From an uncultured Desulfosarcina sp. (lineage in GTDB: Bacteria; Desulfobacterota; Desulfobacteria; Desulfobacterales; Desulfosarcinaceae), in contig CAXXWQ010000003.1 in NCBI GenBank assembly GCA_963674945.2, positions 2,464,001 through 2,528,000 of the forward strand: 64,000 nt of DNA, read 5' to 3'. Under the pieces are notes generated by a model. That model was not told the origin of the DNA, searched no databases, and was given only the letters and a program-made list of their open reading frames with translations. A program made the translations under genes and the position numbers. How positions within the stretch are numbered: the first letter of the stretch is position 1; every line of letters begins with the position of its first letter. Below, piece after piece: positions 41,780 through 51,080 of the stretch.

Positions 41780-42334
41780 ATGAAGAAAACGATTATTTCG
41801 GTTCTGGGAAAGGATCGACCCGGCATCATCGCAGCCGTCACCGGCATCTTATTCCAACAGGACTGCAACATCGAAAACGTCAGCCAGACCATTTTGCAAG
41901 ATGAATTTTCGGGCATTTTTATCGTTGCGCTCCCTGAATTCCTTACTGATAAAGAGCTTGCGCACCATTTGGACGCAGGTCTCTCGGAAATGGCGTTGCA
42001 TGTCACTGTAAAACCGATCTTTCCACCGGATGCGGCAGTTGCCCCCATTGATGGCGAACCTTTCGTGGTGACCACGAGAGGACCGGATCGCAAGGGGCTC
42101 GTCGCGGCAATCACCGCCGTCATGGCTGTCCACGGTGTCAACGTAACCAATTTACAGGCCGTCTTCAAAGGCGGCGCAGATCCCGACGTCAATGTCATGA
42201 TCTACGAAGTGGATATTCCGGCCGAAACGGACCAAACGCTGCTACGGCGGGAACTGAAGGAAAAGGCACGACAATTGTCTTTGGACATATCCATTCAACA
42301 CAAAAGAATCTTCGAAGCGATCAATCGCTTATAA
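41780..42334 (+). CDS. Tandem ACT-domain protein (GcvR-like)
   Basis: ISVLGKDRPGIIA and TTRGPDRKGLVA ACT motifs; ends QHKRIFEAINRL. Confidence 0.88.
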   Translation: MKKTIISVLGKDRPGIIAAVTGILFQQDCNIENVSQTILQDEFSGIFIVALPEFLTDKELAHHLDAGLSEMALHVTVKPIFPPDAAVAPIDGEPFVVTTRGPDRKGLVAAITAVMAVHGVNVTNLQAVFKGGADPDVNVMIYEVDIPAETDQTLLRRELKEKARQLSLDISIQHKRIFEAINRL

Positions 42335-42356
42335 GGCGTATACAGGAGAGTCAATA

Positions 42357-43730
42357 ATGTTTACCGATATGGAAATTCTATCCGTCGTGGAGATGCTGAA
42401 AAATGAACACCTGGACGTTCGAACCGTAACCTTGGGTATCAACCTGCTGGAGTGCGCCAGCGACGATATCGAACGTTTCGTCGGCAACATCTATGGCCGC
42501 ATCTCGAAAACGGCCCAGAATCTGGTTCAGATCTGCGACGAAGTGGGAGACAAGTACGGGATACCGGTGGTGAACAAACGCATATCGGTCAGTCCCATCG
42601 CGGTGGTCGCAGCACCGTTTGATGCGGGTGGCATGCTGCGGGTCGCCCGGGCCATGAACGATGCGGCAATGGCTGCAAAAGTGGATTTTATCGGTGGCTT
42701 TTCGGCTCTCGTGGAAAAAGGCATCGCCAGGGGCGATCGGGCATTGATCGAGGCGCTCCCGCAGGCGCTGACCGATACCCAATGCGTCTGTGCATCCATC
42801 AATGTCGCATCCACCCGGGCCGGTATCAACATGGATGGGGTCCTGCTCATGGGAAAAACCCTAAAAGAGGCAGCCCGTCTCTCTGCGGATCGAGGGGGGC
42901 TTTCCTGTGCAAAGCTTTGCGTGTTTGCAAACATTCCCCAGGACATCCCCTTCATGGCCGGCGCTTATCTCGGGGTCGGCGAAGCCGACGCGGTAATCAA
43001 TGTGGGGGTCAGCGGCCCCGGGGTGGTGAAAAAGGCCATCGACCGTGCGTTGTCTGCAAAACCAGAGCTCAACCTGGGAGAACTCAGTGAAATTATCAAA
43101 CGCACCGCCTACAAGGTCACCCGCATCGGCGAACTGATCGGTCGTGAAGTAGCCCAGCAGTTGGGCATCGGTTTTGGAGTGGTGGATCTATCCCTGGCCC
43201 CGACCCCCAATGTGGGTGACAGTGTGGGAGAAATCTTTCAGAGTCTGGGCTTATCCGATATCGGAGTGCCGGGAAGTACTGCTGCCCTCGCCCTTTTGAA
43301 TGATGCCGTCAAAAAAGGAGGTGCATTTGCCAGTTCCAAGGTGGGCGGGCTGAGCGGTGCCTTTATCCCGGTCAGTGAAGATCTCAACATCTCCCAGGCA
43401 GTGGCCGATGGGCGGCTCTCCATAGAAAAACTGGAGGCCATGACAAGCGTCTGTTCGGTCGGTCTGGACATGGTGGCGATTCCAGGTGATACCAGTGCCG
43501 AGACGCTTTCCGCCATCATCGCCGACGAAATGGCCATTGGCGTCATCAATAAGAAAACCACCGCCGCCCGCCTGATCCCCGTTCCCGGAAAAAAAGCCGG
43601 CGAACGCGTCTATTTCGGAGGATTGTTGGGCGAATCTGTTATTATGCCGGTGAACAACGGCGAGGGCGAAAACCGGCTCATTCGTCGCGGCGGTATTGTT
43701 CCATCGCCCATTCACAGCCTTGTCAACTGA
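42357..43730 (+). CDS. UPF0210 / DUF711 (PFL-like fold) protein
   Basis: LDVRTVTLGI, GIPVVNKRISVSP, INVGVSGPGVV, VGGLSGAFIPVSED, KLEAMTSVCSVGLDM. Confidence 0.92.
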   Translation: MFTDMEILSVVEMLKNEHLDVRTVTLGINLLECASDDIERFVGNIYGRISKTAQNLVQICDEVGDKYGIPVVNKRISVSPIAVVAAPFDAGGMLRVARAMNDAAMAAKVDFIGGFSALVEKGIARGDRALIEALPQALTDTQCVCASINVASTRAGINMDGVLLMGKTLKEAARLSADRGGLSCAKLCVFANIPQDIPFMAGAYLGVGEADAVINVGVSGPGVVKKAIDRALSAKPELNLGELSEIIKRTAYKVTRIGELIGREVAQQLGIGFGVVDLSLAPTPNVGDSVGEIFQSLGLSDIGVPGSTAALALLNDAVKKGGAFASSKVGGLSGAFIPVSEDLNISQAVADGRLSIEKLEAMTSVCSVGLDMVAIPGDTSAETLSAIIADEMAIGVINKKTTAARLIPVPGKKAGERVYFGGLLGESVIMPVNNGEGENRLIRRGGIVPSPIHSLVN

Positions 43731-44037
43731 TCCTGCATGGACTCGTTCGTCGGAAATATGACAAGTTACCCACGTATTTCCACGACTTTCTTGTACCCCA
43801 TCTCCATGTCCAGGGTATCTTGAGTCCGATCTGCGATCCGTGGTATAAAATCCCTATCGGCATCTGAAACGATCATCAACGCGCCCTTCTCATCATCCGC
43901 AGAGAGGATGGATGCAGCGAATACAGACACGTACCAAACCCATCGCTGCACCAATTGCGAAAAACGCCTTTTGCCCTTCTTTACACCCGTGAATCGCCCA
44001 TCGCCGTCTCCTGTTCTCCAACTGCGAAGGAGCATCT

Positions 44038-45804
44038 ATGCATCAACAAAAAATCAGCTCGCCGACGGGCCATCGAAAAAATCCGGCGGTTCGGGTGGGA
44101 GAGATCCTCGTCGCCGAAGGGCTGGTCAGCCAGGAACAAGTGGACCAGGCAGTGGCGATCCAAAAAAAAGATCGCAGCAAGAAAATCGGCACGTTGTTGA
44201 TCGAACAAGGGCTGGTCACAGAGTCGCAGATTCTTTCGGCACTCTCCACAAAGTTTCGCATGATTTTTTTGGAGCGCAACGACCTCGTTCCTGAAAAACA
44301 GGCCCTCACCGCCTTGCCGACGGATCTGGTACATCGCCTTGAGATACTGCCGCTGCGCATTCGAAACGATCGTATCGTCGTCGTGACATCCAAGCCCACC
44401 GATCATTCGATCAACGACATCTTGCGGTTTTCCACGAATCGCCAAATTGAGCTTGCAGTCGCTACGTCCAGAGACATCTCGTGGGCCATTCAAAAATTCC
44501 TTCCGTCTGATTTTGATCACCTATCCAAAATTATCGATCAGATGGGGGAAGACGACGTCTCCGTCAAGGAAGAGCATGAAGTCGAAGAGACACGTTATGA
44601 TGAAACCGATTCCAACATTATTATGCTGGTCAATAAAATTCTCATCGAGGGATATCAAAAAGGCGCCTCGGACATCCACTTTGAACCCGGTATCCAACGG
44701 CGTCCACTCATCATCCGGTACCGGATCGACGGTATCTGCAGCGAGGTTCATCGGATTCCGGTAGGATACAAAAACGCCGTCGTGAGTCGGATTAAAATTC
44801 TTTCCAACCTGGATATTGCCGAACACCGACGTCCCCAAAGCGGAAAAATATTTTTAAAATACAAAAAACAGGACATCGAATATCGGGTGGAAATAACACC
44901 CACCGTTGGCGGCAATGAGGATGCCGTCCTTCGGGTACTCTCCTCGGCCCGACCGATTCCTTTGACGGAAATGGGATTTTCACCCGAGAATCTGTCTCAA
45001 TTTTCAAGCCTTTTGACCAAACCCCATGGTATTATCTTATGCGTGGGCCCAACCGGATCGGGAAAAACGACGACCTTGCACTCCGGACTTCGACGGATCA
45101 ATACCAAGGAGAGAAAGATCTGGACCGTTGAAGATCCGGTGGAGATTACCCAAGAAGGACTTCGTCAGGTACAGGTGCAGCCGAAAATCGGATTTACCTT
45201 TCAAGAGGCGCTGCGCTCGTTTTTGAGAGCCGATCCGGACGTGATCATGGTGGGGGAAATGCGAGATACGGAAACGGCCAAGATTGCCGTGAACGCAGCC
45301 CTCACCGGGCATCTGGTCCTTAGCACCCTACATACCAATTCCGCCCCCGAAACCGTCATTCGACTCATGGAAATGGAGGTCGATCCCCTGCATTTTTCCG
45401 ATGCCCTTCTGGGTGTACTGGCCCAACGGTTGACCTTGCGTCTTTGTGACGCGTGCAAAACCGCCTATACGCCCGATACGGATGAATATCTCAATTTTGT
45501 TCGAAGCTATGGGGAGTCCTACTTCAAACTGGATAAACTCCCTGAATTGACATCGAATCTGACGCTCATGAAAAGCGTGGGGTGCAAACGATGCAACTAC
45601 AGCGGATATAAGGGACGCATTGCCATCCATGAGTTGCTGCTCGGAACGAAGACCATCAAACTGGCCGTCAAAGAAAGGCGCAGTGTCGAAGAACTCACTG
45701 CCCTGGCTTTGGATGAGGGGATGCGAACCCTTAAAATGGACGGGATCAAGAAGATATTTCAGGGGATTACCGATTTCGATCAGATTCTGAAGGTTTGCCA
45801 ATGA
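44038..45804 (+). CDS. GspE/PilB-family secretion ATPase with N-terminal MshEN-like domain
   Basis: ASDIHFEP, GPTGSGKTTTL, TVEDPVE, LRADPDVIMVGEMRD, TGHLVLSTLHTN, CxxC...CxxC. Confidence 0.93.
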   Translation: MHQQKISSPTGHRKNPAVRVGEILVAEGLVSQEQVDQAVAIQKKDRSKKIGTLLIEQGLVTESQILSALSTKFRMIFLERNDLVPEKQALTALPTDLVHRLEILPLRIRNDRIVVVTSKPTDHSINDILRFSTNRQIELAVATSRDISWAIQKFLPSDFDHLSKIIDQMGEDDVSVKEEHEVEETRYDETDSNIIMLVNKILIEGYQKGASDIHFEPGIQRRPLIIRYRIDGICSEVHRIPVGYKNAVVSRIKILSNLDIAEHRRPQSGKIFLKYKKQDIEYRVEITPTVGGNEDAVLRVLSSARPIPLTEMGFSPENLSQFSSLLTKPHGIILCVGPTGSGKTTTLHSGLRRINTKERKIWTVEDPVEITQEGLRQVQVQPKIGFTFQEALRSFLRADPDVIMVGEMRDTETAKIAVNAALTGHLVLSTLHTNSAPETVIRLMEMEVDPLHFSDALLGVLAQRLTLRLCDACKTAYTPDTDEYLNFVRSYGESYFKLDKLPELTSNLTLMKSVGCKRCNYSGYKGRIAIHELLLGTKTIKLAVKERRSVEELTALALDEGMRTLKMDGIKKIFQGITDFDQILKVCQ

Positions 45805-45821
45805 TACGAAGACCCTGAATC

Positions 45822-46874
45822 TTATTTGCTCCAGGAAAAAAGTATCGCCCCAACCGTTAAAAAGACGATCGTCATCAGACAGACAATGGTCATTTCCGGC
45901 ATGACCGCGAGGATCCCCTGTCCTTCGTTCATCACTTTGCGTGCCGCGGAGAGAATGTGGGTAAGGGGAAGCGCCTGGGCCATGGCCCGTAGCCAAACCG
46001 GCGCACCTTCAATGGAAAACCAGACCTCGGACAGAAACATCATGGGCCAGCAGATGAAGTTGAGCACCCCGTTGGCAAACTCTTCGCTGGTTCCTCTGGA
46101 GGCAATCACCAGGCCAAGGGCCGTCATGCAGATGCTGCCAACGAAAAAAACGAAAAACAGACTGACGAGACTTCCATACACCGTAAAATCGATGATCAGA
46201 TCGCACCCCACCCAGACCAGAACCAGAGTGAACATGAGGAGGAAGATCCGGGAGAGCAGTTGGGCGGTGAGGTACTCGAATGCGGTCAAAGGTGTGGCCT
46301 TGAGCCGTTTCAAGACACCGTTTTTACGGTAACGGACCACGACCCAACCCACGCCGTAAAGGGCGCTGAACATCATGTTCATGCCCAAAATACCGGGGAA
46401 AAGCCAGTCGATGTACCGGATCGGCGCCCCCCTGATATTCATTTTCTCGAATTTGCTGCCGACGCCCTTTGTTGCCAGGGCTCCGGTCAACAGCCGTTCG
46501 ACGATGGCCCCCTGGGGTGAGGAATCGCTCACCCAATATCGTACCGGCCGGCTGCCCGCCTCGATGAGCAAGTCGATCTTGTGGTGTTTGAGTTTTATCA
46601 TTGCCGCGTCCTGATTTTCAAACCCCAAAAAAGTGATGGCGCCAAAGCCGGAAAACGTATCGGGCAAGTCCTCGATGGACTGGTTCACCGGTATGGGTGG
46701 CGATACGGGAAAGACTCCGACCTTGAACTTGGATTGAAAGTCGCCTTTGAAGATCACGGCGAATCCGAGAATCAGCAAAAAAGGAAAGAGAAAATTCCAA
46801 CCGAATGCCGCCCGATCCCGGAAGAACTCATGGTTTCTCGCCGTGAAAATCGCCCACATTCTCGTAACTCGCAT
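45822..46874 (-). CDS. ABC-2 type exporter permease
   Basis: YIDWLFPGILGM, GVLKRLKATP, six-TM pattern. Confidence 0.9.
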   Translation of the reverse strand: MRVTRMWAIFTARNHEFFRDRAAFGWNFLFPFLLILGFAVIFKGDFQSKFKVGVFPVSPPIPVNQSIEDLPDTFSGFGAITFLGFENQDAAMIKLKHHKIDLLIEAGSRPVRYWVSDSSPQGAIVERLLTGALATKGVGSKFEKMNIRGAPIRYIDWLFPGILGMNMMFSALYGVGWVVVRYRKNGVLKRLKATPLTAFEYLTAQLLSRIFLLMFTLVLVWVGCDLIIDFTVYGSLVSLFFVFFVGSICMTALGLVIASRGTSEEFANGVLNFICWPMMFLSEVWFSIEGAPVWLRAMAQALPLTHILSAARKVMNEGQGILAVMPEMTIVCLMTIVFLTVGAILFSWSK

Positions 46875-46887
46875 GAATGCCTCCCGA

Positions 46888-47790
46888 TCACTCCCGCAGG
46901 CTTCGCCCTGTCAGCTGTAAAAACACATCCTCCAGGGTGGGTGTCTTCACGTTCATACCGTGCATGTCCACACCATGGGACAAGAGTTTTTCGATAACCC
47001 CGTTTACATCCCGGGTTTGAAATTCCACTTGCCCGTCTCTTTCTTTAACGTTGCCGTGAAAGCCTTCGAGCCCATCGGGCAGATCTTTCCTCGGAACCGA
47101 CAATGTGGCCAGTTTGCAATGAGTGGATATCAGTTCTTTGGGAGAGCCGCGGGCGATGATCCTTCCTTTGTCCATGATGGCGATGTCGTCGCACAGTTTT
47201 TCCGCCTCTTCCATGTAATGGGTGGTGAGCACGATGGTGCGTCCCTGGGACTTGACGTCCTTGATGATCCCCCAAAGATTTTGCCTGGCCTGTGGGTCCA
47301 GACCGGTGGACGGTTCGTCGAGAAAAACAAGTTCCGGTCGGTTTAACAGCGCCAGTGCCAACAGAAGCCGTTGCTTCTGTCCCCCGGATATTTTATCGTT
47401 GGCCCGTTTTTTTACCTCACCCAAGTGGCATAATCGAATCAAATGCTGAACTTCATCGACATGTTCGTAAAGCCGGGAGAACGTTTTCAACGTCTCCTCT
47501 ACGGTTAAAAAGGAGAGAAGGGCCGTTTGCTGGAACATGATGCCCACTTCCTGGCGGAATCTGGACGCACGCGGTGCACCCTTGTATCGGATCGACCCTG
47601 CAGACGGTTGGATGATGTCCTCGATGATTTCGATCAATGTGGTTTTGCCTGCACCATTTGGCCCCAGCAAGCCGAAACAGGTCCCTTTGCCTATGGAAAG
47701 ACTGACGCCGTCCACCGCATGGACCTGTTTGTAGCGTTTATGGACGTCCATGACCTCGATGAGCGGATCGCAGTTACCCCCAGAATGCAT
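46888..47790 (-). CDS. ABC transporter ATP-binding protein
   Basis: GPNGAGKTT, ISGGQKQR, FLDEPSTGLDP, TTHYMEEAE. Confidence 0.94.
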   Translation of the reverse strand: MHSGGNCDPLIEVMDVHKRYKQVHAVDGVSLSIGKGTCFGLLGPNGAGKTTLIEIIEDIIQPSAGSIRYKGAPRASRFRQEVGIMFQQTALLSFLTVEETLKTFSRLYEHVDEVQHLIRLCHLGEVKKRANDKISGGQKQRLLLALALLNRPELVFLDEPSTGLDPQARQNLWGIIKDVKSQGRTIVLTTHYMEEAEKLCDDIAIMDKGRIIARGSPKELISTHCKLATLSVPRKDLPDGLEGFHGNVKERDGQVEFQTRDVNGVIEKLLSHGVDMHGMNVKTPTLEDVFLQLTGRSLRE

Positions 47791-47859
47791 GGTGTTCTTT
47801 CCGGTATTTTGTTTTATTCAGAATATCAATAATAAAAAGGAGTTGTCACTTCTTGACGG

Positions 47860-47888
47860 TTGACAGTACAAGAAGGGTCTTTTATAGT
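47860..47888 (+). promoter_or_regulatory. Near-consensus sigma70 promoter
   Basis: TTGACA-17 nt-TATAGT, about 300 nt upstream of the K+ channel gene. Confidence 0.65.
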
Positions 47889-48002
47889 CTCAAAGTCGAT
47901 CCAAGTCAACGACTGCCCGTAAAACCGGCTGGCAGCCGCATTTGGACTTGGCTGTGTCAGAATTGAGGTCTATTTTTATTACTCTGCAGGGTTGAAAATG
48001 AT

Positions 48003-48077
48003 GGACGAAGGATGCCGAAAAAGGGACGATGAGAAACCATTCCTCTTTTCATCCCCCTTCCATCGTCCTTCGTCCCT
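48003..48077. repeat. Imperfect inverted repeat built from GGACGA(A/T) units
   Basis: GGACGAAGGATG...AGGGACGATG versus CATCGTCCTTCGTCCCT. Confidence 0.5.
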
Positions 48078-48195
48078 CACTTGGCCCCTATGAATAGCAG
48101 ATCCGAAATGCGATTACCCTGGCAAGATGGGTGGCCCGGGCATCCAATGACGTGACAATATCCGATCAATTTTTCCTGCGGGCCGCGAAACGACC

Positions 48196-49194
48196 ATGGA
48201 ACGAAAAACCCAGTTGTTATTATCCATCCTTCTCTCCATCGTATTGGGATTGGTCGGCACGGTCGGTTACATGCTCATCGAGGGATGGGCGTTTGGCGAT
48301 GCATTGTACATGACCATTATCACTCTGGCCACCGTCGGATACGGTGAGGTTCACCAGGTCAGCGCCGGGGGCCGGATCTTCACCATCGCCCTCATCGTTT
48401 CGGGGGTCGGTTGTTTCATGTACGTGGCTGTTCTCATCGTACAATTTGTGGTGGAAGATCGAATACGAACGATTCTCGGGAGAAGAAAATTGGACAAACA
48501 GATCTCCAAGCTACGGTCCCATTACATCATCTGCGGATATGGACGAATCGGCCGTGTGTTGGCCCGTTATCTTACGGAACGGTACCTGGATGTCGTAATC
48601 ATCGAAAAAAATCCTGACCGTCGGGAAACCATGGATGAAGATGGCGTACTCTACCTCGTCGGGGAAGCAACAGATGAGAACCTTTTGATCAAGGCCGGTA
48701 TCGAGAGGGCAAAGGGACTGGTCACCGCAGTGGCCTCAGATGCGGACAATGTCTTTTTGACATTGATCGCCAAACAGCTCAATTCCGATCTGTTCATCGT
48801 TGCCCGGGCCATTCAGAACACCGCCAAACGAACCCTTCAGGCGGCAGGCGCCGGAAAAGTCATCTCTCCCTACGACCTGGGAGCCCGCCGCATGGCACAT
48901 GCCATATTGCGCCCCACCGTAATCAAGTTTCTCGAACTTGCCTTCACCGACGAGAGCACGGATATCGTGATGGAGGAACTGACGGCTCGTTCCACCTCCT
49001 CCTTGATCGGCGTTCCACTAAAGGAATCGGGTATCCGCCAGAATCTGGACCTGATCATCCTGACGATTCAAAAGGCGGATAATACCCTTCTCTTCAATCC
49101 CAAAGCCGACACCCGCATCGAACTCAACGACACCCTGGTGGTTGTCGGTCAGGCCAAAAGCGTCCTTCGACTGGAACGAATGTTACGCCAATAA
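48196..49194 (+). CDS. 2-TM potassium channel with RCK (TrkA-N/TrkA-C) domains
   Basis: Selectivity filter TLATVGYGE; ICGYGRIG Rossmann motif; TrkA-C tail. Confidence 0.94.
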   Translation: MERKTQLLLSILLSIVLGLVGTVGYMLIEGWAFGDALYMTIITLATVGYGEVHQVSAGGRIFTIALIVSGVGCFMYVAVLIVQFVVEDRIRTILGRRKLDKQISKLRSHYIICGYGRIGRVLARYLTERYLDVVIIEKNPDRRETMDEDGVLYLVGEATDENLLIKAGIERAKGLVTAVASDADNVFLTLIAKQLNSDLFIVARAIQNTAKRTLQAAGAGKVISPYDLGARRMAHAILRPTVIKFLELAFTDESTDIVMEELTARSTSSLIGVPLKESGIRQNLDLIILTIQKADNTLLFNPKADTRIELNDTLVVVGQAKSVLRLERMLRQ

Positions 49195-49209
49195 ATATCG
49201 GAGGTAGAA

Positions 49210-50148
49210 ATGACAAATCACCGTCCCGCATATATCGGTGCGTTGAAAGACGGGACACTGAAAAAGAGAGTGGCGCAGGCCCTGTCATCCCTGGATCATT
49301 GCACGTTATGCCCCAGAAAATGCGGTGTCGATCGAAATGCGGATGAGACCGGGGTGTGCAACACCGGTCGACTGGCCCTGGTAGCCTCCCATGGCCCTCA
49401 CTTCGGAGAGGAACAGCCCCTTGTGGGCAAAAGCGGTTCCGGGACCATCTTCTTCACCCATTGCAATCTGCGTTGTCTTTTCTGCCAGAACTATTCCATC
49501 AGCCACCAGGGTGAGGGTCTGGAAGTTGACGACGAGCAGTTGGCGTCGATCATGCTCGACCTTGCGAAGAAAGGTTGCCACAACATCAATTTTGTCACCC
49601 CCAGTCACGTGGTCCCGCAGATTCTCTCAGCCCTTTATCTGGCCGCACAAAAAGGGCTGTCCGTTCCCCTAGTGTATAACAGCGGCGGGTATGATGACGT
49701 GGACACCCTTTGTCTGCTGGACGGAATCGTGGACATTTACATGCCCGACTTCAAGTTTTGGGATGGCAACGTGGCCCAGGACACTTGCGATGCGCCCGAC
49801 TACCCGGAAGTGGCGAAAAAAGCCATCGCGGAAATGCATCGCCAGGTGGGCGACTTGATCATCGATGAGAAGAGTCAGTTAGCAATAAAAGGGCTTTTGG
49901 TCCGCCATCTCGTACTTCCCGGTGGACTTTCCGGAACCGCCGCCATCATGAGGTTCCTCGCCGAATCGATTTCCAAAGGCACCTATGTGAATGTGATGGC
50001 ACAATATCGTCCCTGCGGCAGGGCAAAGGAGATCTCGGCGCTCGCCAACGCACTGTCACCTGCAGAATACGACCTTGCCGTTGGGCAAGCCCGGGCGGCA
50101 GGTCTCACTCGTCTGGACAAACCGCGACGTGTATTTGCCTTGTGGTAA
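49210..50148 (+). CDS. Radical SAM protein, PflX-like
   Basis: CTLCPRKC, PHFGEE, CNLRCLFCQN, HNINFVTPSH, YMPDFK, LVRHLVLPG. Confidence 0.9.
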   Translation: MTNHRPAYIGALKDGTLKKRVAQALSSLDHCTLCPRKCGVDRNADETGVCNTGRLALVASHGPHFGEEQPLVGKSGSGTIFFTHCNLRCLFCQNYSISHQGEGLEVDDEQLASIMLDLAKKGCHNINFVTPSHVVPQILSALYLAAQKGLSVPLVYNSGGYDDVDTLCLLDGIVDIYMPDFKFWDGNVAQDTCDAPDYPEVAKKAIAEMHRQVGDLIIDEKSQLAIKGLLVRHLVLPGGLSGTAAIMRFLAESISKGTYVNVMAQYRPCGRAKEISALANALSPAEYDLAVGQARAAGLTRLDKPRRVFALW

Positions 50149-50224
50149 CGGTTTCCGACCAGGAAAAGGAATTTTTGCAAATGCATCGAAGAATTGGTCA
50201 ATTTTACTTATGAAAGCGAGGTTC

Positions 50225-50806
50225 ATGATGAAAAAATGGGTATCCGTGGTGGCTATCGTACTTCTGACATTACCGTGCGCAGTGTTGGCCGGCGAAAAAA
50301 TGCCCATGGTAAAGCTTATTACAACCAAAGGCGATATCGTATTGTCCTTAGACAGCGTAAATGCCCCGAAAACAGTGGAGAACTTTTTCCGTTATGTCAA
50401 AGACGGTCATTATGACGGTACCATTTTCCATCGGGTCATTGCAGGGTTCATGATTCAAGGGGGCGGATTCGACGAACAGATGAACCACAAACCCACCCGG
50501 CCGCCCATCGCCAACGAGGCGGACAATGGCCTTACCAATGAAGTGGGAACCATCGCCATGGCCCGCACCAACGACCCCCATTCCGCCAGTGCCCAATTCT
50601 TCATTAACGTGAAGAAAAACGAATTTCTGAATCACCGTGCCAAAAGCATGAAGGGATGGGGATACTGCGTGTTCGGCAAAGTGGTTTCCGGCATGAATGT
50701 GGTACGCGCCATTGAGAACGAACCCACTACGATTAAAAATGGCATGCGCGATGTTCCCGTAACCCCCGTCGTGATTAAAAAGGCGGAAGTGGTCGACGCA
50801 AAGTAA
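50225..50806 (+). CDS. ppiA: Periplasmic cyclophilin-type peptidyl-prolyl isomerase
   Basis: Signal peptide MKKWVSVVAIVLL..., FHRVIAGFMIQGGG, AMARTNDPHSASAQFFIN, GYCVFGKV. Confidence 0.9.
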   Translation: MMKKWVSVVAIVLLTLPCAVLAGEKMPMVKLITTKGDIVLSLDSVNAPKTVENFFRYVKDGHYDGTIFHRVIAGFMIQGGGFDEQMNHKPTRPPIANEADNGLTNEVGTIAMARTNDPHSASAQFFINVKKNEFLNHRAKSMKGWGYCVFGKVVSGMNVVRAIENEPTTIKNGMRDVPVTPVVIKKAEVVDAK

Positions 50807-50883
50807 GGTAGAATCGCGACCCAGAAAGCCAGGCTTTATGATCCGCTGGAAGTGGGTTCAAAGTGATCGTGGAAAACCATAAA

Positions 50884-51005
50884 AGTCAGAATCCAAAATT
50901 CAGGAGTCAGAATGAATCTGATGTCGCTTCGCTCCATCGATTAAATAAGATGAATCGAGCCAAAGGCGAAGACCTTATTATTCTGAATTCTGACTCCTGG
51001 ATTCT
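50884..51005. repeat. REP/MITE-like nested palindrome
   Basis: 13-bp perfect IR CAGGAGTCAGAAT (50901-50913) / ATTCTGACTCCTG (50987-50999), inner CTTCGC/GCGAAG and TCGATT/AATCGA pairs. Confidence 0.65.
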
Positions 51006-51080
51006 TATAATAATCTTACGGCAGAGCCAATTATCTGGTTCTGAAGACCATGTTTTCTAAGCAAATTCTGATGTGGCGCG

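Noticed and set aside
43766..44035. 89-aa minus-strand ORF between UPF0210 and the GspE-like gene
   Set aside because: No recognisable motif or SD; could be a gene remnant but cannot be supported
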